64,000 nt of DNA from Sarea resinae (lineage: Eukaryota): assembly GCA_026026165.1 (NCBI GenBank), contig JAPEUD010000025.1, positions 186,001-250,000 of the forward strand. Reading direction: 5' to 3'. Shown one piece after another: positions 22,458-37,390 of the stretch (position 1 is the stretch's first letter; each line of letters starts with the position of its first letter). Under the pieces are notes generated by a model. It had not been told where the DNA came from. It was given only the letters and a program-made list of their open reading frames with translations, and did not search any database. The translations under genes were made by a program, and so were the position numbers.

Positions 22458-22992
22458 TACTATTATAGACTTATAGCTATACTTGATTAGGTTGTAATAC
22501 CTAAGATTATGTTTAGATTTTTAGTAGGTTATAGCAATAATTATCCCTAGACTTAAAAACTCTAATAGGTGCTATTACTTTAAAAGAATACACCTTTTTC
22601 TTAACTATATAGAGGTGTGTGAAATATAACCTAAAACAGGTGTTAAGGCCCCTAGAGGCTAGAGGCACTAAAATATCTCTCTGTTACTAGTAGTCTATTA
22701 ATCTTTCTCCTTCCTACCTTTCTGTACCTAAAGCTACCTTTTTCTCTACTAAGGTTTTTTTGTGACTGTAATAAGCCTCTAAAAGTTAGGTAGCTTTAGA
22801 GTAATTTTATTTCATATAACAACACGAAGAGCGCGACATTCCAATCACAAAGAGCGACTATCCACCTAGCAGGATGGTTGTGCTAACTAGGACTATAAAT
22901 GAACGCATCTAACCGCTCCGGAACTCAAGGGCACTATCAGAAAACAACCGAAAGCGGCCAAACTATCGCTGCTTTCCCAATCGCTATCATAA

Positions 22993-25867
22993 TCAGTTCT
23001 GTGGTTCCACTTTGGCCTGTCCGTTCATCGCAGAAGGTCCACTACTGCCACCATGAGGACTTGAGTTCCTTTCGGGCACCAACTGCCCCGGGGCTGTGCG
23101 CTTTTCGTCCTCGGCATCATCGTCATAATCTTCGTCTACGTCCATCTTTCGCGCGGCAGGTTCGTGTAGCTCTCTCCTATCGTCCCTCGGAGCTTCAGCC
23201 ATAGGTGGAAGATGCTGCTGATGTTGTATCGGTGGCAGCGAAGGGGGATGATGAGCAGCTTCTGATGGATGGTAATTTTCGTTGGCGCGACGCTGGTCTT
23301 CAGCGCGACGCGCCGCCGAAGAACTCCGCCGCTGACGATCACGTGGTGATGACATTCGATCAGGTGGCGATGCTCGGTGATGCTGATGGTCTTCGAGTCT
23401 CGCTCGATTCTCCTCATTTGCAGGCTTCTTCGTTGATACATTATCATCTTCCCATTCTCGCATTCGTTTGGGGGCAGCAGATGACGGTCTCTCTTCCCTC
23501 TCGCGTGCGGCTGCATCAGCAGCAGCAATGGCAGCCACTGGAGGCGGGGCGCCACTAGCGATGCCCCCAGGGTGCGAAGAATTGGGGTGATGTTGATATT
23601 GCTGGTGAGCGTATCCGGCACCCGGCGACGGAACCCTGTTATCAATGATAGGTCTCACCTCAGGTGGAGGGCTATTGCCGCGTCCAAATGGTGGCATGGG
23701 GCCAGATCCAGGCATGACATTTGCGCCATTGACAGGAGGCGGTGGTGGTGGTGGGATGCTGGCACTCCCTGCGCCATAATTCGGATTTGTGATACGATTC
23801 TGGGGCGGAGGCGGAGGCTGTGGCTGAGATTGGGGTGGTGGTGGCGGTGGAAGACTCTGCGGCCCCATGTAAGGATTTGTAGAATGATTCAATTTTGGTG
23901 ATGGTGAATGTGCTCTACGTACTGGGGTATGACGGTGCTGCTCTTGGTACTGTCTCATCTGTTCCGATCGTGGGCTCGGCTGACGAGGTAGTGGTGGAGG
24001 GGGCCTGATGCCATCACGCTGATCGTACGGATTGAGCGGCTGCGGCTGGGGATTTTGTATTTCTGCGAGACGTCTACCCCAGTCGCCGCCTGAACCTAAC
24101 GCTGCAGGCGGGGGCCCTTGCGGAGCGGCCGCTGGGCCTTGTGCACCCCACTGGGGTCCCGGAGGCCCGGCAACGCCAGCAGCCTGGTAAAGTTGCGGAT
24201 GCACATCTTGTGGAAGAGGTGCGCTATTTTGATTAGGCATGCCCGTAGATTGACCATTGCGAAGAAGCTGTAGTCGGGCTTTGATATGAACGTTGGCCGG
24301 GTCAAGGTCAGCGGCACGCTGATATGCATCCAGAGCGTCATTGGTCTGATTGTTACAAGACTCGTACTTTGGAAATGGTAAGTCATTGTCTGGCTAGCAG
24401 ACCTGAGATTTACTTACTAGAGTGCCAAGGTCATACCAGACTTCCGAAATATAAGGGTTTAGACGGATGGCGCGGGAGTATGCATCAAGAGCATCACGGT
24501 ATTGATTAATTTGGTAGTAAAGCACACCAATGGAGCACCAAAAGGTGGGATTACGTCCATCACGGTACACCGCTTGCTGATAGGCCTCATACGCTTTGGG
24601 ATACTTCTGCTGCGACATGTAGCAGCGCCCCAGCAGATACCAGCTTTGTGCATCAGTGTTGTCTGTGAGGTATGAATTAGTAGGCGATTTGCTTGATGGA
24701 TTTTGTTTAGCGCTTTAGACCGACCTGAGCTCACAGACTTTTCCAGATATTCAATCGCTTGTTCCTGACTGCTGAAACTGTTACTTTGCTGGTGATGCAG
24801 CCAGCCAAGTTGTTGAAGCACTTTAGCATGGGTGGGATCTCGTTCAAGCACCCTTCGATATGCGGCTTTTGCGGAGTCGTACTGATGATCTGATTAGAGC
24901 GAGTACGAATAAAAGCAGGAGTTTGGGTTCGTACATCTCTTTGTTGCTCGTGGACATGGCCAATCTGGAACCAGATATCCTCCTCGGTCAAGGGACGTGG
25001 GGGATCGGTCACGATGTATTTGAAGCACTAGAACATGTCATCAGCATCAACTCATTTGCCATATCTGTTGAAACTCCGTACCTCTAAGCTTTGATTAAAT
25101 TTCTGTTGCTGTTTGTAAATTATCCCCAAACGGAAATATATCTCGTTTGCCTTTTCGAAGTCAGGCTGCATACGCATGACCTGCGAGAATGCTTCTTCGG
25201 CATGTTCAAGAGAGCCGTAACGGTCATAAAGAATGCCGATTCCGTACCACAATTTCGGTTCCTAATAAAGGCACTGGTTAGAATAGAATGAGATATCAAC
25301 AGGGTGAGCCTACCTTTGGGTCTCTCAAATGGTACAGTGCTTGCTGGTAAGCGGAATAGGCTTGCTGGAGGTCGTCCATCATAAGATAACAATGCCCTGA
25401 ATTTCGTATCAGCTCGGTAAAGGCACTTGGCGACCCGACTGCGACTACACTTACCAAGACTGCCCCAGACTTCGCCATTGTTTCCTTCCAATTTGAGAAT
25501 ATTTTGTAGGAACTCGACAGCTTTTGGGAAGTGCTCCTTGGTCCGCAGTATACATGAAATGGCATTCATAGCCGGGATGGACCACTGATTGTGTCGCAAT
25601 GCTTGCTCATAAGCGTACATTGCGCCGTCGAGGTCGCCCATCAATTCGGTAAGACTGCCTGAAAGAATTGTGAGCTACTATTATTGTAGTCTAATTTGCC
25701 AACGACTAACCGATTTGAAGCCACACTGCTTCGTTGATTGAGGCCAGATGAGAGCCCGGAGGTTTGGACTGAAGGGGCAGATGCCCATTGGCTTGGGGAT
25801 GGCTTCCAGGCGGTCCATGGTGAGGACGTATTCCTCCCGTTGGCGACGGTTGCGGGTGGCTTGCCAT
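22993..25867 (-). CDS. SSN6: TPR general transcriptional corepressor Ssn6/Cyc8
   Basis: TPR segments DLQQAYSAYQQALYHLRDPK, WYGIGILYDRYGSLEHAEEAF and AYEAYQQAVYRDGRNPTFWCSIGVLYYQINQYRDALDAY; Pro/Gln/His-rich C-terminus; multiple GT-AG introns. Start inferred at MASHPQPSP. Confidence 0.95.
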
Positions 25868-26507
25868 CTGGGACCGATACACTTTCGTAGTAAGATGGCT
25901 TCTGCTTGAATTGGTCTGATGAGATACTCCCAAACGACGAGTATTACAGCTTCAGTGAAAGCGTTGCCAATGATCAATAGTCGAGTATCTCGTTCAGTAT
26001 ATTGCGATAAGAGGGTCGCAGTGAGCAGCTCAATAGGAGGGGCTGTCGGAGAAAGCTAAGCAATGCAATGATGCACTCTCCTGGGAAGTAGAAGGCTCGT
26101 CCAAGCTGTGGCTAATACTCGTCGATTGCTAGATCCAGAGTAGCAGATCGGAAGCAGAAGATCGGAAGTAAAAAGATCGAAAGTAGAAGATTGAGCTGCT
26201 AGCCGATATCAACCGGTATCAATCTTTGCGACCGTTTGCTTGTTTCTTTAGAAAGAATGAGACTGTGGCCTATATCTCACAAATATTGGCTCTGGCTGGG
26301 CGAAGCGCGGAGCGAGGAGTTCGGATATGTTCAGCTACCAGCCGCTGTCTTGTCGCGCGAACGTCTACTATGGGGTAAAACAGATTCGCGGTAAACGATC
26401 CCGTGCGCTCAGAACAGGGGCCGTCTGGATTGTAAAGAGCTATAGAATCAAGTTGGTAGTAATAGTAGTAGTGGCCGGAGATGGTTGTGATGATGGTGGT
26501 AAGAGAA

Positions 26508-26558
26508 CGAGAGAGAGTGTGTGTGTGAGAGAGAGAGACAGAGAGAGGGAAAGAGAGA
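26508..26558. repeat. (GA)n/(GT)n microsatellite upstream of SSN6
   Basis: gagagagagtgtgtgtgtgagagagagagacagagagagg. Confidence 0.75.
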
Positions 26559-28758
26559 CTGGGGGGGAACGGATGGCGAAGGAGGGAAAATGGGGTGGAT
26601 GGGGCGTAACTGCCGGGTAGGATGGGTTAGGGTTTTCGCTAGAGCAGATTGACGCCGCGGGAAGTTGGCGTGGCTTTTTGCTCTAGTCTGAGGGAAGGCT
26701 AAGCTAATCGTGAGGGAGGTAGGTACCTAATCTAGGCTGCCTGTACCTACTATGGTATCAATCCATCCACATCCATGGATGTACGGAGGCTTTTGCATTT
26801 GCTGCACGAAGTACCTATGCAGTACCTGAGGTACTCGATGGCCAGGGTGCGAAGTCTGTCTCCACAAGGAGAGATTGGTAGCAGACGAGGAGGACTCGGG
26901 CTTCGCCATCGTTTCGCGACAAGGCACACATGTTAGAAGGATTAGCACAGTACCAGCTGCGTATCGCTGAGTTTGGGGGGATGTGGGCGTTTGCCTGCTG
27001 AGGTACCTACCTTGGTACTATCCATGGATGGAGTGATGGATGGGCTTCTACTTAGTCCCTTTCTAGAGGGGTAGAGACTTCGAGGATTGTACACGACATG
27101 GGCGCATACCTTAGCGAGGAAGATCCGGGATACCGTGGACCGATCGGGAAGCTGAGGATGCCCGCCTGTTTCTTCCACCTGCGATGCCTTGTTGAGTGAA
27201 GGAGCAGTGCCTACCTTACCAACTAACAGGTAGGTAGGTATCAGTGAAGAAGTGGATCATACTGGATCCATCGTTTGTGCGCTTCTATGCCTCATTTACG
27301 ATCTTACCTACTATCTACCTCCGACCTTTGCTATGCCCGTCTAAGCTAGGATCTACCTAAATCCATCGATACCTTCATAGTACCGCGTCAGGCCTGGAGG
27401 CTCCAGCTCCCCCAATCCCTCGTACATGGTATATAATGTGGTTAGAGTGCTCTAGAGTACCAAGTAGTGAGAAGAGTCTTTCAGGTAGGGGGCCATGAAG
27501 TTAGATGGTACCAGTATGAAATGCTACATCATCTACGAAGTATTATCATGTCAATTCTTCCTATCATTTGCAGCCCGTCATCAATGTCAAGTATCGGGTA
27601 TGCGCCCGATATCCAACTGTGCGAAGTACTTCAGCGTAAGTGCCTAGTACGCCGTAGATCAACCAAGGCGTGAACAGAGCCGAATAATGCCCGTACTTTG
27701 TGACATGAACATCACGCCGCACACTCCGCATGCAGCCACATTTGCGTGTGGCTTGCATAGGACAACGGCAGCCAAACAATGAGAGAAAAGAGAATGAGAA
27801 CCCGCCTGTGGCCGTTGCATCGCCAGATCTACCACGCGCTCCCGCATTTTAGGAGCACCAGACAAATCGACCAAGAAGATACGAAGAACACGAGCCTACC
27901 TTACTGATCCGATTCAATTCACTCGTGAAGCACAGTCGAGACATGGAATGCTCTCTGGACCTTTGCCAAGAGCCACAATTACAGAGTCTCCCCTAATCGT
28001 GCTTCAAGCTATCGTTCCTATTGCCGCAGTATAGTACTGTGAGGGTCAATGAAATTTCCTTCCTACTGCTCTATGAACTATAGAGTACGAATGCATACTC
28101 GATAGCATAAACTCAACTGGAAAGACAAACAAATTCGCCTTATTCTGGCATAAGAGCCCATAATATGTCAGGAATTACCTTTGTAAGTAAAGTGGGTAGT
28201 TAATTGGACATCAACGATGCTGAATAGCTTCATTCGAAGAATCAATGGATTTCGATTTCAACAACTCCCCGACCGTACCCAGATATATTGTTGATCCTTA
28301 CAAATTCACGATCTTGTTCAAAAAAAGCGCCTTCGGGCTTTGATGCATAAATATCACAAACACTTTATAGAAATGTTGAGCTACGTTGGAAGGCAAAGGT
28401 TGATCGTACATAGTAGGCTGAATACTCCAGCGCTATCATTGACATTCACTTAGTACCTTAGGTTAGTAGGTAGGTAGTCATGAAAATGTGGTAATGAAAA
28501 TGTGCAATCCATGCTTGAGATGCCAAGCAGATCGATCGTTCTATCAGGAACAGATAGAAAATGTAAGGTACGTAGGTAGGTAGAAGACAAAGCATGGCTT
28601 TACACAGTACGAACTTTACCAGGAGTTCTTGCAAGGTACCAAGCAAATATATTCAAGGGCGTGGGCATAGCAGGTACCTTACCTTTGGGCTGTCTTCCAA
28701 TACCCAAGGTACGGAGTAAGGTACGGTAGGGTACCTTGATACATGATGGATCGCGTAA

Positions 28759-30239
<1,481 letters not shown>

Positions 30240-31038
30240 GAAGACCATAAAACCACCATGATAAGTATCCGGGCAGGTCGTAGATTATTTTGGTTCCCAA
30301 CTTTATTCCTTTATCAGTTTCGATCAAAGAATGAATGATATGTCAGGCCTTTTCGAAAGACTACTTATGCTTCGCACTATCCAATTGAAGCTTCCAATTG
30401 TTTCAAAGTGACAGTATTCTCTACGTACAGTATCTGTCACAAAGCGTAGAAGAGCCAACCAAACTCGATCTATATCTCGGGAACGATATGTGAGATGTAG
30501 AGAGATACCGTCTGGCCGACTACCTCTCGATGCATTAGGTCTTTCAATGCACATCCATGCAAGGAAAGGATGGTGAGAGGAATTGAGGTAGAATGCCACC
30601 CTACGCATCTCTCGGTACAGAGTATACCAACGCTTTTCTAAGTACCGTATCCGTCATGCAGGGTTGATTGTGCTCATGGCGATAACCCGTGAAATGTTTT
30701 AGGAGCATCAAACGTTTCAGTGTCACACTAATGAGGGAGAAAACAGTACTCCGCATACTTCGGAATTCTGAGCTGGTGAGACGTGCTGCTGCTTGGTGGA
30801 AGGCTATCCATGGGTGGTGCCCGTTCGCACATTCCTGGCATTATTATTATATAAGCGAATCGGACATTTCGTCATACACGGGCAATCTTGAGGATCTCAG
30901 CAACTGCCCGCCATGCTCAGGCTTATATCTGACTACTAGATAATTGAAAGCCCCGCTTACGAGATTGATACACCACCGAGGAAAAGAAACGCACCAGCGA
31001 AGACGTGCAATAGATTCAGACTACGATCTTGAACAGAC

Positions 31039-31581
31039 ATGTCGTCTGACGGCGACTACGCGTCGTTTCTCGACAAGGCCAACCAAGACACTGGAAGTAG
31101 GAATGCTACTGCTACTGCTAGTCCAGCCAAGGTGACAACGAAGGCGGTGGATGCAGCAGTACCAAGATCGTTGCAAGATATCGAGAGGTTCTATGTGTCT
31201 GAGGCAGATGAGCCGTTCGAGCCCGTGAGCTTACAATGGACCCAGAAATCAATGCCCACAGAAGGCATGTTCAATCACAGCCTTTAATTTGTCTGCAGAA
31301 GATGCGGCTGGAGATGTTTGCTAATGATCATACCACCATGATTAGATGAAATGGGAGCTTTGATAGGCGTTACGTCCGAGATCTCGATCATCGACAACGA
31401 GGACTTCGATCCACGAGGGGAATACAAGGACATAATCGAGGCAGTGCAAGGGGTTGGTGACGCCGAGCCGAAGATTTATCGAATACATCGTGGCAAAACG
31501 CGGGCCGAATACTATGTAATCAGTCATGAGTCGAAGGGATCAAGGCTGGTGGGCCTTAAAGCAAAGGCCGTGGAAACTTGA
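31039..31581 (+). CDS. NuiA-like (nuclease A inhibitor fold) small acidic protein
   Basis: Exons 31039-31264 and 31346-31581. FYVSEADEPFEPV, KIYRI, EYYVI and C-terminal LVGLKAKAVET parallel the recalled NuiA pattern (FMSESEYPFEV...VYR...VYVIG...LAGISTKVVET). Confidence 0.75.
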
Positions 31582-33650
31582 AGATGGAACAGCGGTATCA
31601 CGAGGAGCGACCATGGGGAGACTTTGCTCTGACGAAAGTGCCCTTCCTGCAATTCTATGAGCACTCATATTCAAGCAATACAATGTCAGCCAGATATCTT
31701 GACTATTGTCATCCCCCAGCGATTTAACGACCATCTCCAGAATCCAGCTCTACAGTGTTCACTTCTTGCTCTCTATGCGCCACTGGAAACACGGTCCTCG
31801 AAGCTGGGGTCTTCTTTGTCTCGATGAGTATGCCGACAATATCACACGCTTCTATGCCTCTACATCATGGTACCTTTTTTGAATATCGTGCGCAGCGAGT
31901 CCCGGTGAATAAGTTGTTGCGACATCAATTACCCAATAATCCATTAGACGACCACACAAAATCACTTCTGGCCACCTAAGACAAGTAACATATAGGCCGA
32001 TACAGAGGTAGAGTAATGATTACGCAGACTCTTTATGAGTAGGAGCAGCGCCTATTTCCTGAAGTTGATTTGGATTAGGCGCTGACGAGGCCATCCTCTA
32101 TGGGCTCTGTGACCGGTGCACTATTATTTGTGCAATGTGCTGGGCAGGTATCTATTGTATCAAATGACACGCACACAAATATAGAACCCTCAGATCCTTT
32201 CCATTCCATGGGCCTAGCAAGGCTACCCAAGGTAGAGTAACTGGGGGTCCCTGCCTATTCGAAATCGGAGACGTTCTTCGTACCTCTCACTGCCTCTTTT
32301 CAAAGGTACCTACTCCGTAATTCTCCTACATACCTACTTGCTAAAGTAAATTTATCTTGCAAGTACAGTACTGCTATCCGTACCGCTATTTGACACCTAG
32401 GTACCGAGGGTACTTCAGTGATAGGAAGTAGGCGGCAGTGCTTGTGGAGTCTCTCTACTCTGTAGCAGTACCTATGAGCTTTGGTGTACACTTCGTAGTA
32501 GTAATGCAGGCGTAGTTTCCGTACTGTCTCAGGAACGATCCAGGGTCCGAGGGATTGTTGCGGTGCTATTGGGCCTTGGTGAGGGCCCTGATCGAGACGC
32601 GTTGCTCGTCTAAACCGTTTGGAGTAAACTCGCAGATTACTACTAGGCAATATTGCCCACCCGCACACCTCTGTTGCGGGTCGCCCCTTTGCCTCCTACC
32701 CACCCAGCCACCACCCTTGTCACGACGTTCTCCCCTGCTCACCAGTTGTTACCAAATTCTTGCAACCAATCGAGTCGAGTATCATCTAGTAGCGGTACCA
32801 GTAGCGGTACCGGTACCTACCTAATTGCCCTTCAGCTTTTTCTCATCATCAATGGCGGTACTATTGCTGCTCCAGATCTCTTCGGGACGTAATGATTCCT
32901 TTCACATTTGTGTTCAGAAAGGCAGACACCAAACTTCCTTCTACACTACCGTGAATTCAATCGTCAACCCTCCAGCTTTGTCTCATCTATTGCCCCGATC
33001 CCATCCCACCCAGCCTAGAAACATCAGTACAAAGTGTACCTCGACTCCTTCTCTTTATTCCCGTGACACCCCAAAGTGACAGGAAAGGGAGGCTTACCGA
33101 ATGGACTTGCAGTTATCAGTACTGTGTCTTTTGAGCCGCCAGTCGTGATCTTCCCCAGACAACGTTCGCTTTTCACTACCGCCGCCGAGACTTCAACTCG
33201 ACCATCGCTCGTCTCGTGCGCTTTGTGACTTTTCATTTCTTCTTACATTTCTTCAGGCCTCCTCAGTCCATCCTACAAAGGGTATTCGGCTCTTGTGACG
33301 GTCGCCGAAGGTTTCAGCCTGGCTGCTTCACCCGTTGGTTGGATAGGAGGTCCTTTAGTCCCTCCCTTGACTCGTCGCACAACACGATACGGAATCCGCG
33401 ATATAATCATCCTCCCAACCAGCGATCACACGACTTCGGTGCATGCCGTGTAGAGCTGAGTCGGTGCCACTCGTTATCTTTCGAAGCAACTCATACTGGT
33501 CAGGAATAAGGCTGGCTCCTACTTTCTCGCGGCCGCGAAACTTCGACGCTCGCTTCCTTGAAACCTGCTCCAGATTCACATTCCTGAGGTGCTGGTCTGT
33601 CAACACGACCATCTCACTCTTCTTTTTAACGACGCATAACGTCCCATATC

Positions 33651-35957
33651 ATGTCCTCACTTGATCCGTCACCTCCCAGCCGGATTCCTCCGCACATTCG
33701 CCTCAATTCTGGCAACGAAGACCTCCTCATGAATGAGCCATCGAATGATCGCCAAGGCGATCTCACACAACAAGACACTTCATCACGCTCGCTCATTCCA
33801 CAAAGGCCCCCTTCAATCCCTTCAATATCGACTCAATTCCCAGCACCAGGTGCTCTGTACGCTTCGCCAGGTGTCACCGAGTCTGCAGAGAGATTGCTGC
33901 CGCCCAAGCGGTCCCGCACGCAGCGGTCCAGAGATGAAGACTCACCTGCGATGTCTCCAGATCCGTCGGGCTATTCATCACGAAGGACAAGTTGGAGCTC
34001 AGAGTCGGGAAGTAGAGATAGTCGAATGGGGCCGTTCGCGTCACCGTTTGATGATTCGAGGGCTCCATCCAGGGCTGGAAGTGATGATGACAATGTCAAC
34101 ACGCAAACAGTCTCGGAGAAATATAACATCCTACCATCAGCAGGCCTATTACTCTTCCCAGAAGACGTGGAGAAGGACGACTGGCTGCATAACCCAGATC
34201 CCAATGAGAAGGAGAGGCTCGAGTGTGATATCTTTACGAAGCGTGGCATTGTCAATGTTGGTGGTTTAGCACTGATAACTCTCGGGCTTCTATTCTTGTT
34301 CATTGGCTACCCAGCACTGTACGTTGTCCGTGGCGAAGGCTGGCCTTGAGAATGAGGTGGCACAAGAGAATCGGTGAAACTAATCGGAGATTTTTGGACA
34401 GGACTTTCGCACGAAAACACACTTCGAAGACTACTACTTGTAATGGAGATCCAAACTGCCTAGATGTTGGTCCGGTTCCTCTATTGCAGAATCTTCGGAC
34501 TGGCTTGATAGATCCAGATACCCCTAAATCTGCCCAGACAAGAAAAGCGTCCGACGGGTCCACGATGAACCTAGTGGTATGTATTGACCGCTGAAAGTCT
34601 AATTGCAAGCTTTATCTGAGCAAGGTGTCCTAGTTCTCGGACGAGTTCAACACCCCTGGCCGGACGTTCTACTCTCAAGATGACCCGTACTTCCAAGCTG
34701 TCGATCTTTGGTACGGAGTGACGCAAGATATGGAGGTATGATTTGACGAAATGATCTGACGGCAATGTGACTGACTCGGACTGCTTAGTGGTATGATCCA
34801 GATGCAATCACTACGAACAATGGCGTACTCGAGATTCGGTTTGATGCTTTTCAGAACCATGGTCTTAATTATCGATCCGGCATGATGCAGTCCTGGAATC
34901 AGATGTGCTTCTCGGGCGGCTATCTAGAAGCAAGTATATCCTTGCCGGGCAGAGGCGACACTATCGGCTTCTGGCCAGGTTTCTGGGCAATGGGGAACCT
35001 TGGCCGGCCCGGACATGCATCTACCACGGATGGGATGTGGCCGTACAGCTATTGGGACCATTGCGATGCTGGGATTACCAAGAACCAGAGCAGTCCAGAT
35101 GGCATTAACTTTTTGCCTGGCATGCGTTTACCGGCTTGTACATGTTCTGGAGAGGACCATCCGACGCCAGGAAGATCACGCACCGCTCCTGAAATTGATG
35201 CCTTGGAAGCTAGTGTTGCCTTTCTTGGACCTGGCGAAATAAACGGAATCGGCTCTGCCTCGCAGAGTGCACAACTTGCACCATTTGATATTTGGTATCA
35301 GCCAAATTCCGGTACGTTAAATGCGGAGTGTAGGTTGCTACCTTTAACTTCTAGCTAATATGTACTAGAATATATGCAAATATTCGACCGGTCCATCACC
35401 GGGATGAACGTTTACCGTGGAGGCGTCTACCAACAAGCCCTATCTGCAGTCACGAACCTAAACAATGACTGGTATGACGGGAAGGCATATCAAACCTACG
35501 GATTCGAATACACCCCTGGTGCCAAAGGTGAAATAACATGGTACGTAGGCGAATCCAAGACTTGGCATCTGGACGGCCGAGCGATGGGTCCGAATGGAAA
35601 CATTGGCCAGAGAGTTGTTCCAGTGGAGCCTATGGCTCTCGTCTTCAATTTCGGAATGTCGGGGAGCTTTGCCCAACTCAACCTCACGGGTCTAGCAACA
35701 TTAATGCCGGCTACCATGCGATTCGACTATGTCCGCATCTATCAAGACCCTGATTCGCAAAGCATTACCTGCGATCCGCAAGGACTTGAGACGACCTCTT
35801 ATATAAGTGCTCATATGGACAGTTATGGCAATCCAAATAAAACCTTATGGTATGTCAAAATTGATGTTGCTCTCGCCCACATACTGACCAGGATCATAGG
35901 GAGCAAACCTCTCACACATGGCCGAAGAACAGTCTCGTTGATGGCTGCTCCACGTAA
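33651..35957 (+). CDS. KRE6: Kre6/Skn1 beta-1,6-glucan synthesis-associated GH16 protein
   Basis: Ser/Pro-rich N-terminus, EKDDWLHNPDP, single TM ending GYP, LIDPDTP, FSDEFN, GFWPGFWAMGNLGRPG, APEIDALEA (GH16 ExDxxE), RFDYVRIYQ. Last exon ends WPKNSLVDGCST*. Confidence 0.95.
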
Positions 35958-37390
35958 ACACTTGACCTTTGCGACGACACAAAATCCTCGTTTGCTTATT
36001 TACAAGATGCCGATATCTCACATGCTCGGCTCGCGCGGATTGATGCTCCGCGATATCTATGGTGTTCTGTCGTTCTTCTCACTTCGTCTCATTGCATGCA
36101 TAGCGGAGTCGGCGCTCTTTTTAGCTTTGGGTATCTGTCATTTGTCCGTCGCCACGTTGTTTGTGCAGCGATACAGACACGCATTCTCCTCATCCCGTTG
36201 CGTAATGCATGTTCCCGTCGTAACTCCTGTTGCGATGCTTCACACGTTTTTACGGCTCTTGGGCATTGAGACTTCTCTTCCTCCAGCGTCAGCCGCCCAT
36301 GTACACCACTAGGTCGGGATTTTCCATTGTTGGCTCGCGCTCTTTAGATATTACTGCTTTTCATGGGCGTAAATCGTCTGACGGGAGCTTTCGCGTCAAG
36401 TAGCATTCAGAATGTGCTCTCAGACTATCTGGCATCATGTTGCCTGTAACATAGATATCGGGCAGACTTCTGAATACAGTCTACCTACAATCGAAATATA
36501 TACTGTTCCCATTCTTGTGCGCCTGTTCTATTCAAAGTCAAGGAGCTCATATGAGATAGACGAGACGTGAGATTGGTATCTCAAACGCAATAGACGCAGA
36601 TCTTGGGTTGAGTGTTGAAGGTCGACGGGAAGGACGTGATGATCAACTGCTGAACTTTGGAGGGACGCTCCCTGGTTGCTGGATCCATTGCGAGTAGAGT
36701 CAGTACCTAGTGAATGCAAGGATGTGGCTGAGGCGGGGTTCTTGGGTGTACTCGGAGTAGATACCGTACTTTAGCTTGTTGACTTTATGTAGTACATGTA
36801 CTATCTTCACATGTGGGTAGGTAGGTAAACCTTCAAGTTTGAAGCCGAGATCTCTTGTAACATCAACAATTAATATCCGAGGAAATGTACGCACAGCAAA
36901 GGAGATAAGGGTCAGTAACAACCTCTCCAGTTTTAATCTTAGCCTTGATCCTATCAACATTAGCTATCTTCCTGCCTCTGAGTCTGCCTGCTTCTCTATG
37001 CACATATAGTCGTGGATGATGATCGGGTTGCTGTCCTGCCCATCGAGCTCGATTATACTGGACATGACGCCTTCAATTTCTCCTTTGAATGACCAGTCAG
37101 GGTTTCATCGCCGCTCGACATATATTTCGCATCTACTCTAATATCGACTCTTCTCAACCAGAAGTCTCTTGTACCTTGTTTATCGATGTGCTATTCCTCT
37201 ACGTTGCTTGTTTTTACTCATCTGAAGATGTTCCTAATCTGAGTTCCTAGACACTTCACAGCAACTCACACACCCGCAGCGCATAAAATACTCTCTAGAC
37301 CATTGAAGCAAGCAAGTTGCGTCCGCTGGTCGCCTTACATACCCCCACTCAGGAATAACAGCAAGGACGACAACGACCACTGAGTTCATC

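Larger units (their letters stand above)
4070..22820. other. RIP-mutated AT-rich nested transposon block
   Basis: Abrupt loss of ORFs and strong TpA excess. Recognisable TE proteins carry TGG>TAG, CAA>TAA, GAC>AAC and GAG>AAG changes. Confidence 0.95.

Noticed and set aside
35850..36312. Hydrophobic C-terminal extension of ORF 35374..36312
   Set aside because: Read-through of the last KRE6 intron and 3' UTR; the spliced product ends at 35957.
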